From a virus (Duplodnaviria > Caudoviricetes): a stretch of DNA of 38,393 nt. Numbering within the stretch: the stretch's first letter is position 1; each line of letters opens with the position of its first letter. The translations under genes and the position numbers were made by a program. Shown in pieces: positions 16,706 through 25,900 of the stretch. The DNA lies in IMG/VR virus record IMGVR_UViG_3300032247_000374, positions 1 to 38,393 of that record; one strand, given 5' to 3'. The notes beneath the pieces are model-generated. The model was given only the letters and a program-made list of their open reading frames with translations, was not told the origin of the DNA and did no database searches.

Positions 16706-18350
16706 TCAAGTAGTACCATTAGGATATGCCAATACTTTTGGTGATTGGATAGTCACCTCGAACAAAACACTTGCTGAAACTAATGACATTGGTGCGAATA
16801 ACTACATCAAAGATTCTGGCACATTTACAATCAATAGTTCTGGAACAGGCCTTCTAGTTAAGAATGATGCAATCGTTCAAGGCATTTTCACCGTTGCGGG
16901 TACAGGTTCATCTGCAACTGTCCAAAACGATCTGACAGTAGGAAGACAACTTTATCTTACCAATACATCGACAAGTTTATTAGCTAACGGCACAGCGAAC
17001 ATTCTTGGAAATACAATAGTTGGTGCCATGATTATGGCATCTCACGGATCTGGATCAAATGGTATTTCATTTTTGGGTGGCACGACAGGTGATACTGCAA
17101 CAATTAAATATTATACTACCACTGGAGATGCAAGAAAACTTCACATTCAAGTCACTAATGATCCAAGTGACGATATCTATCTTGATGCTTCTGGTACTGT
17201 TGTAATCCCTAATAGTAGAGACTCGACTTCTGTATATACTGGCGCACTAGTTGTTGCTGGTGGTATTGGCGTTGGCGGTGACATGAATGTCGGCGGTACG
17301 TTAAAGGTTAATCCTACCGCAGCGATTGAACTTGGTGGTTTTGTTAATGTTTCAAACTCAATGTTTGTTAGTAATAACGTAGAGATTGGAAAAGCATTAA
17401 CCGTTGGCGGTAATACTATACTGAAAGGAACACTAACAACATACGGTCAAGCATTTTTCTCTAATACTGATCAATCAACATCTGCTGCGACTGGAGCAAT
17501 TGTAACTGCCGGTGGTATCGGAGTAGCAAAGAATATTACAGTCGATGGAATCATTCAACCGAATAGTGGATCTTCATATGGTATCTCATTTAAACCTAAT
17601 CCAGGTGGTGGCACTGGAGATACAGCAACAATTAAATACTACGCTGTTTCGGGCGAACAAACAGTTCTAGAACTTGCAGTGAATAATGATGCTGATGATA
17701 CAATTAATCTATCATCAACAGGTCCTGTTAATGTTACAAATACTGGAGCGAATGCATTTCGAGTTGCTGGTGGCGCCAGTGTGGGTGGCAATTTTAGCGT
17801 CACTGGTACTTCTGCTTTCACAGGCGCAGCAACTTTCTCAAGCACAGTCAAAACTGGCGCTTTGACTGTAGATTCGATATCTCTATCTGATCCTGCGACC
17901 ACTCCAGCAATATCAACAGCTTCTGGAGGTACTGGTCTAAAATCTTTCACTCAGTATGGTGTCATGTATGCAACATCGACTTCAGCACTAGCGACTGGAA
18001 CCGCACTGGCATTTAACGGCACAAATTTGACTTGTGCTGGCAACATTACTGCATACTCAGATGCAAGACTGAAAAAGAATATTAAGATTATTGAAAATGC
18101 ACTTGAAAAAGTTAAAGAATTGAATGGTTACACATTCGAGAGAACTGATATAGATGTTGGTCGACAGACTGGTGTAATTGCACAAGAAGTTATGCATGTA
18201 CTTCCTGAAGCGGTATCGTTTACTGAAGACGGTAAATACACGGTTTCTTATGGAAACATGGTCGGTCTTTTAATTGAATCCATTAAAGAATTAAATTCTC
18301 AAGTAACATCTTTAAAAGAAGAAATAGAGAAATTAAAGAATCCTTCTTGA
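16698..18350 (+). CDS. tail fibre protein with C-terminal intramolecular chaperone (peptidase S74)
   Basis: 550 aa; N-terminal NTFGDW anchor; YSDARLKKNI..ALEKVKELNGYTF..GVIAQEV..VLPEAV..VSYGNMVGLLIESIKEL plus terminal coiled coil; SD AAGGA. Confidence 0.9.
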   Translation: MSNQVVPLGYANTFGDWIVTSNKTLAETNDIGANNYIKDSGTFTINSSGTGLLVKNDAIVQGIFTVAGTGSSATVQNDLTVGRQLYLTNTSTSLLANGTANILGNTIVGAMIMASHGSGSNGISFLGGTTGDTATIKYYTTTGDARKLHIQVTNDPSDDIYLDASGTVVIPNSRDSTSVYTGALVVAGGIGVGGDMNVGGTLKVNPTAAIELGGFVNVSNSMFVSNNVEIGKALTVGGNTILKGTLTTYGQAFFSNTDQSTSAATGAIVTAGGIGVAKNITVDGIIQPNSGSSYGISFKPNPGGGTGDTATIKYYAVSGEQTVLELAVNNDADDTINLSSTGPVNVTNTGANAFRVAGGASVGGNFSVTGTSAFTGAATFSSTVKTGALTVDSISLSDPATTPAISTASGGTGLKSFTQYGVMYATSTSALATGTALAFNGTNLTCAGNITAYSDARLKKNIKIIENALEKVKELNGYTFERTDIDVGRQTGVIAQEVMHVLPEAVSFTEDGKYTVSYGNMVGLLIESIKELNSQVTSLKEEIEKLKNPS

Positions 18351-18358
18351 CATAAATA
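18351..18358 (+). promoter_or_regulatory. T4-type late promoter motif (CATAAATA)
   Basis: Intergenic, immediately after a stop codon, followed by SD-like GAGGGG and ATG at 18383. Confidence 0.7.
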
Positions 18359-18382
18359 TGATATAAAGAAGAGGGGATTCGA

Positions 18383-18718
18383 ATGAGTGCTTCCTATTAT
18401 TATCTGTACATTGAGAAGGGTTCTTCCTTTACAACGAGTGTTACATTAGATGACACTTATGGTGCATCATACAATCTGATGAATTTTTCAGCGTCTAGTC
18501 AGATTAGAAAGTCTTACTATTCTGCAAACACGACTGCAACATTTACAACTGCAATCAATACAGGCACTGGATCAATAACATTAAGTTTGGATGCTAATAC
18601 TACATCCAATATTGCGCCTGGGCGATATGTTTATGATCTAATCATCAATGATGATCTTGGAAATAAGAGTAGAATCCTTGAGGGTATTGCTGAAGTTTCT
18701 CCTAACGTAACTAGGTAA
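18383..18718 (+). CDS. small virion structural protein (beta-sandwich, T4-like tail-associated)
   Basis: 111 aa; LYIEKG..F, SQIRKSYYS, ITLSL...T....GRYVYD..RILEG.AEVSP.VT pattern common in T4-like phage structural regions. Confidence 0.75.
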   Translation: MSASYYYLYIEKGSSFTTSVTLDDTYGASYNLMNFSASSQIRKSYYSANTTATFTTAINTGTGSITLSLDANTTSNIAPGRYVYDLIINDDLGNKSRILEGIAEVSPNVTR

Positions 18719-18724
18719 ACAAAA

Positions 18725-18940
18725 ATGGCAACTCAAACGATTGGTACAATTTCTGTCAGATCACAAAGACCAGAAACTGCTAGAGTCACAATTGGTACCG
18801 GCGGTGGAGGAGTATCACAATTAAAAAATCTTACCGACGTTAGCCTTACTGACGTTCAAGATGGATATGTTCTCGTTTACAAAGCCAATACGAATACATT
18901 TGTTTTTAGTCCATATGTAATAGATGATGGATACTTTTAA
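18725..18940 (+). CDS. small fibre-associated protein
   Basis: 71 aa; LKNLTDV..DGYVLVY fibre-type motif and terminal DDGYF; SD AGGT; TAATG overlap with next gene. Confidence 0.7.
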   Translation: MATQTIGTISVRSQRPETARVTIGTGGGGVSQLKNLTDVSLTDVQDGYVLVYKANTNTFVFSPYVIDDGYF

Positions 18941-19944
18941 TGGCAGCAAATAACGCATCAATTCAAGTACTAAGATCGTATGCTAATTCAGCGCCGAACA
19001 ATCTTCTAGATGGTCAGTTAGCATACTCGTTTGTATCTAATACACTATACATTGGATCGAACACTGCTAATGGTAATCTTATCATTAATATTGGTGGTCA
19101 GTCAACAGTTAGTACACTGAATACTCTTTTTGATCTTGTAAATACAGTAATTATTTTTGCCAACTCTGCCTACGGTCAAGCAAATACCGGCACGGCTATA
19201 GCTAATGCTGCATATGATCAAGCAAATATTGCAACAGTAATTGCAAATGCTGCATACGATCAAGCAAATACTGCAAGGATAAGTGCTAATGCAGCATATG
19301 ACCAAGCAAATACCGCAAGGATAAGTGCTAATGCTGCATATGCACACGCTAATTCTTCATACAATCAAGCGAATACTGCGACTATAAGTGCTAATGCAGC
19401 ATATGCACAGGCTAATTCCGGATATAATCAAGCAAATACTGCAAGGATAAGTGCTAATGCTGCATATGCGCATGCTAATTCAGGATTTAATCAAGCTAAT
19501 GCTGCCTATGGTCAAGCGAATACTGCGACTATAAGCGCTAATGCTGCATATGCACATGCTAATTCTTCATACAACCAAGCGAATGCTGCATTCGATAAAG
19601 CGAACACTGCAAACACATTAGCTAACGCTGCGTATCGCCAAGCAAATATTGCAACGATTAATGCAGATGCAGCATTTGCTTTTGCAAATAATATTGTTTC
19701 TGGTAATATTGCTTTCTCTAATGTATTAATTACAACTGGTGGATCAGTATTCTTTGGAAGCAACACGTGGGCACAAAGCAATCGTGCTGCAATCTTTATA
19801 ACCAATACTGACTGGAATGCTGGTCTAGATATAAATACTTTACTACCAGGCGACTTCTATTATGATGACACAACAGATAGTATATACCTCTATACTGACT
19901 TCACTACATATAATGACTTCAAAGACTTAACAGTTAGGTTTTAA
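18940..19944 (+). CDS. fibre protein with Mtd/hyaluronidase-like N-terminal anchor and Ala/Asn coiled-coil stalk
   Basis: 334 aa; IQVLRS....P..LLDGQLAYSF..NTLYIG N-terminus; long (ANAAYxQANTAxIS) repeats. Confidence 0.72.
   Translation: MAANNASIQVLRSYANSAPNNLLDGQLAYSFVSNTLYIGSNTANGNLIINIGGQSTVSTLNTLFDLVNTVIIFANSAYGQANTGTAIANAAYDQANIATVIANAAYDQANTARISANAAYDQANTARISANAAYAHANSSYNQANTATISANAAYAQANSGYNQANTARISANAAYAHANSGFNQANAAYGQANTATISANAAYAHANSSYNQANAAFDKANTANTLANAAYRQANIATINADAAFAFANNIVSGNIAFSNVLITTGGSVFFGSNTWAQSNRAAIFITNTDWNAGLDINTLLPGDFYYDDTTDSIYLYTDFTTYNDFKDLTVRF
19159..19690 (+). repeat. 21-bp-based (21/42/63) coding tandem repeats encoding AN-heptads
   Basis: Recurrent gcaaatactgcaaggataagtgctaatgc.gcatatg and gcgaatactgcgactataag units. 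Confidence 0.9.
19830..19837 (+). promoter_or_regulatory. candidate internal late promoter (TATAAATA)
   Basis: Exact consensus inside the 3' end of the 334-aa gene, about 120 nt before the 2902-aa gene start; could be chance in AT-rich DNA. Confidence 0.45.
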
Positions 19945-19953
19945 TAGAAAAAT

Positions 19954-22900
19954 ATGGCAATTTTTTATTCTCCGTATCCATCGACACAACCATCTACAGG
20001 TTATGCTCAATATTCTATTGGCGATTACTATGTATCAAATGGTGCGCCAGTTGTTCTAACGAAACCTGCCGCTATTAAACTGTGGAGTAAATATACAGGA
20101 ACAAACCCATCAATTCCAACTAGTGCTCCTGCGTTAATTTCTTCTGTATTAATAACAACTAAAACTTTAAATGTAGGACAATCTGTTGATTTTGATATTG
20201 GTTCTGTTTATGGTGGTGGTGCTGTTGCATCAACATACACTGGAACTGGTACATTTATTGGATTAAGTTATACGATTTCTCCTGCATTACCTGCTGGATT
20301 AACTTTAAATAAAGTATTTTCGACGATCACAGTTGGCACATCTTTATATAATAATATTGTATTGTCTATTACTGGTTCTCCATCAGTAGCATCACCATTA
20401 ACATCATATAAAATAAATGTTACAGATTCAACTGGATTATCTGCCACTCTTTCATTTAGTTTAAGTACTCAATCTGCTGTATCCATTTTATCATTAACGA
20501 AATCAGTTCCAACTAAGACTGAAACTGTTGGTGTTGCGGAAGCTGGATATACTCCTGTTACGGCTACTGGTGGTTCTGGAGCATTAACATTTACTGTTGC
20601 TCCGCCATTACCAACTGGATTTAGTTTTAATGCATCAACTGGTGAAATTACAGGTACAGGTTCTGCTGCATCGGCAACAACAACTTATACTGTAACTGTT
20701 AAAGATTCAGCATCTCCTGCTCAATCTAAAACAGAAACATTTTCTTTATCTGTAGATTCGATTCCTATAGTTATTAAAACTGTTATTCCAACAAAAGTAT
20801 TACAAGAAAACATCAATTCGGGTTCATTTACTCCGATCACTGCAACAGGTGGTGTAGGAACATTAACATTTACTGTTTCTCCAACTCTACCAAATGGTTT
20901 AACTTTCTCTTCTACTGGTACAATCACAGGCACTGCAAGTGTGCCTAGTACACCCACAACATATACTGTAACTGTTAAAGATTCTGGTTCAATTCCATTA
21001 TCATCAACTGCAACATTCATATTGTCTGTTGATGCATTAACTGCGCTATCAACAACTCAAGTAATTCCAACAACATCGTTGACAAAAAATGTTGCAGTTG
21101 TTGCTTTCACACCCGTTACCGGATCTGGTGGATATGGAACATTAACATATGCAATTTCTCCAGCATTACCTGCAGGACTAGCATTCTCTGCAACAACCGG
21201 TGCAATTTCTGGAACTCCTACTGTATCAAGTTCTGTAACAACATATACTGTCACAGTATCAGATCAAGCAGCACAGTCAAGTAATAAAACATTCTCATTA
21301 ACTGTTGCTGCTACTACACTTACTTCTACGTTAGATATTCCAACAAAGATTATCACGGCAAACGTTGCAGTTGTTGCATTTACACCAGTCGCTGCAAATG
21401 GCGGAACAGGAACAATAACATATAGTATTTCACCATCATTATATCCAGTACTAAATTTTTCAACAACAACTGGTGAAATTACAGGTACTGCTAGTTCTGT
21501 TCGTGGCAACTCGTCATTCGTTGTCACCGCAACAGATCAGACACCGACTAGTGTAAGTAAAACATTCTATCTGACTGTTAATGCACCTGTTCCTCTTGTA
21601 ACCACTACTGTAATTCCTTCACAGAATGTTATAGCAGGTGACACCACGACTGCTCCATTCTCGCCAGTGTCTGCAACTGGTGGTTATGGCACACTGTCTT
21701 GGAGCACTACTCCAACATTGCCGACTGGTCTTTCGATTAATGCTGCAACTGGTGCAATCTCTGGCACTGCTGCTTCATTTGTTAATGCTAACAATTATGT
21801 TGTCACTGTTCAAGATCAAGCAAATCAGATTAGTAACAGCACATTCTCACTAACTGTCGATAGTCCTACTCTATTAGTTAAACAAGCAGTACCAACAAAG
21901 ACAATAATTAAAGATGTTGCCACAGAAGAATTTGCGCCCGTTACAGCAACTGGTGGATCTGGCGTATATGAATTTACTATTTCTCGTGCATTACCATCGG
22001 GTCTTTCTTTTTCAACATCTACTGGTAAAATCACTGGAACTCCAACTGTTATTGATGGTCCTAGAACATACACAATAACAGTAAGAGACACATCAAATAA
22101 AACTGCGTTCAAAACATTTACGTTAACAATTGAGCAAGCACCTGCCATATCAACGACAACTGATATTCCAGTCAAAACAGTAATTAAATTAGTTGATACA
22201 GTTTCATATACACCAGTAACGGCATCTGGCGGTTATGGAACAATTACTTTCTCTATTACTCCAACGTTACCAACTGGATTAACATTCTCTACTACGAATG
22301 GTTTAATTTCCGGTCTTTCAACAGTTAAATCTGCTAACGCACTCTACACAGTTACCGCGGTAGATGAGATAAGTCAGAATAGTAAAAGTTCATTCTACTT
22401 TACTGCTATCAATCAACCGCTATTAGCGAATAAGACAACAACAAGTAATACTCAGTTGTATCGTTATTTGGTGATGACACCGTTCACACCAGTTGAAGCG
22501 AAAGGTGGATCTGCACCATACACATATTCTATTTCTCCAACTCTACCGCCATATGTTGAACTTAACACCAATACTGGTGTACTGTCCGGTAATGCAGTAA
22601 ATATACTTTCAAATACAACATATACTATTACAATTACTGATTCGGAAAGTGCAACAAATAGTAATACATTTATTTTAGGCGTGACTGTTCCACCAGCACT
22701 ATCTGCAAATACAGTTGTTCCTTCTGTTAATGCAACAACATCTCTAGCACTCACATCAGTTACTCCAGTTACTGCTAACGGTGGATATCAACCACTAACA
22801 TACTCGATTGGTCCAAGTCTACCAACTGGATTAAAACTGAATGCAAACACTGGTGCGATCACAGGTCTAACAACCGATCTGAGTTCAAATACATTATATA

Positions 22901-25900
22901 CAATTACTGCAACAGATATTTTGTTGAATAGTACATATAGTACATTCTATTTAACTGCTTCTGCTCCTAAACTATCAGCTGATGTCAAATATCCAACAAA
23001 CACACTTGTTAAATATAAACAAACGAATGCTTTCACACCTGTTGCAGCTAATGGTGGTTTTGATCCTCTGACGTTTAGTATTTCTCCTGCTTTACCTAGT
23101 CTTCTCAGTTTTAATACTTCGACTGGTGAAATCACAGGAACACCAAGCAACACAACATCAAATACACTATATTCCGTTGTGATTTCTGATAGTGCAAGTC
23201 AAACTGCACAATCAAACTTCTACATGATAGTTGCAGAAACTCTGCCTGTTCCATTAGAAACAAATCTTCAAGTCTCAAACGTCGATATTTATCAGGGCGA
23301 TGTAACAAGTGTTTTACCTGTCACTGGTATTGGCGGCACTGGTACATACAAATATTCTATTTCGCCATCATTACCTGCAGGTTTAGTATTTGATACTGTT
23401 ACCGGTACAATTAGTGGTGTAGCTAGTGTTAATTCTGTTAATTCACCTTATGTTATTACAGTAACAGATGAAGTTCCACAATCTAAAAGTCAAACTGTTT
23501 ACATTCTAGTTAACACCGCACCAGTAAGTTCAGTCGATAGAGTTGCACGACAGATTGCAAACTCAAAAGCATCTCTTGCTTTCTATAAAATTGTTGCCAA
23601 TGGTAATGCAATCACTGCATCATCAAATGCAGATACTGTATACATTAATGCTAACGTTGCAAATGGTATCATAATTGTATCCAATACAACAACAAAGACA
23701 ATCAATCTTTCGTTGTCTACAATCTTTGCAAATGCTGGCACATATGGAGCTAACAATCAGATTCCTATCATCACAGTTGGTTCTGATGGTAGAATATCGA
23801 ATGTAGTCACGGCAAATATTGATACGACTACAGCAAATGCTGCATTCGCACAAGCTAATAGTGCCACTGCGAATGCAAACATAGCATATATTGTTGCTAA
23901 TACTGCATATGCTCAAGCCAATTCCGCTACTGCGAATGCAAACATAGCATATATTGTTGCTAACTCAGCTTTCGCAAAAGCTAATGATGGTTCGACTACC
24001 GCACAGGCTGCATTCAATGCTGCCAACACTAAGTTCTCATCATCTGGCGGCACGATATCTGGAAACGTAACAATTCAAAATGATCTGAGTGTTCTAGGTA
24101 ATGTCAACTTCATCGGCAATGTAACATCTATTGCCGTAACAGGTAATGCTGGACAGTTCTTTGGTTATGCTGCAAACGGATTCAACGCTTTTTATGCTGG
24201 TATTCCAGTAGGATATCTTGTAGAAGGACAAATAGTTCAGCAGTTATCTGCGAACTATGATGGTTATGCTGGACTTAATATGCAGAATATTAACTCTGGC
24301 GCTAATGCATCTTTTGATGTATTCATTACTGCTGATAACGGAACTTCGACAGAAGGTTATCTTGACTTAGGTCTTGCAAGTAGCAACTACGATTATATTG
24401 GTGATGACTTTGATCTCATCAAAAAGAATGATGGTTACCTCTTCACACACGGCAACACAACTACTCGTGGCGGCAACACAATCATTGGTTCGATTCATAA
24501 TGATGTTGTTATCACTGCAAACGGCATGGGCAAGAGTTCTGAGATTGTTAGGATCACGGCCGGCGCTAATGGTAAAACAGTTATTATCACGGGTAATCTA
24601 ACATCTAATTCTGTAAACACAAAAGCAATCTCAATAAACGGCGTAGATGTAGCATCACAAATCAATGCTGCGTTTGCTCAGGCAAATGTTGTGCCTACAT
24701 TACAACAAGTTACTGAGCAAGGCGCTTCGACATTTATTCCTGTTCGCATCTATAACAATACGATCTCCAGTGGCATCACAACTGGTGCTCTAATTGTTGA
24801 CGGCGGTATCGCATCTAAACAACGTATCTCTGCGAACACATTAGTAATTAATGGTGAAGCAAACATAGGATCAATACTCTATCTGAGTGGCGATCTTTCG
24901 ATGGCAAACAACACGACGATTAGACCTGCTCGAGGTAACACTACAGATTCTCCATTAAAGTTTACACCAGGCACATTAAAAACTAACCCACTTAATGGTG
25001 ACTTCGAATTTGATGGTGGTCAACTTTACATTACAGTTGATGCTAATCAAAGAAAATCACTTGCTACATCAGATAAAGTTCCATTCGGTGCATTTCTTAA
25101 ACCTGTCAGAGCTGTTGTCACATCTAATACATCTGTAACTTCTGTTGCAAACAACGTATCAAATTTAGACAAATACGACGGCGTTGTTCTACAACAATAT
25201 GATCGTGTTCTATTCACTGGTCAAGATAGTCCAATAGATAACGGTATCTATGTGTTCCAAGGTGAAGGTCAATACTATGTCAGATCGTCTGATATGAGTG
25301 TTAATTCTAATACCGTGGGCGGCACGATGGTTGCTGTCTCTGATGGCACATCTTATCAAGGAACTATCTGGACACTGAAGACAATTGATCCAATTCTGGT
25401 TACTAGTGATCCTTTATTGTGGGAAAGAACAGTAAGTCGTGATGTCATTTCGATCAGTAATCTCAGCAACAGTGCTGGTATATTAACTAAGACTCAAGAC
25501 GGTAGCGTTGTCAAACGTACCATTACTGCAAACTCACAAGCAGGTTTATTCGTAACGAACGGAACTGGTGCTAATGGCAATCCACAAATTGATATTTCTG
25601 TTATTCCAATTAGTCATGGTGGTACTGGAGTAACGAATACTAACGATCTTCTTGATGCACTCGGTGTTGCAGGTTCTGGTGTCAATACTAATATTACAGA
25701 ATTGGATGGACTAACAGCAGGCATAAGAGTTGCATATGGCGGCACTGGATCTTACGATGGAAGAAAATCTGATGGTAAATCCAATTCTACTGCTGCATAC
25801 TTTGGCCGATTAGGCGCTAAGAAGAATCTTCTACTTAAACCAAATCAATATGGTGTAACAGAATCTGGAACATACACAGATCAACTATCTTGGCCATCAC

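Noticed and set aside
6303-19690. CRISPR-like arrays at 6303-6617 and 19159-19690
   Set aside because: Repeats are contiguous, multiples of 21 bp, in frame, vary at third codon positions and have no unique spacers.
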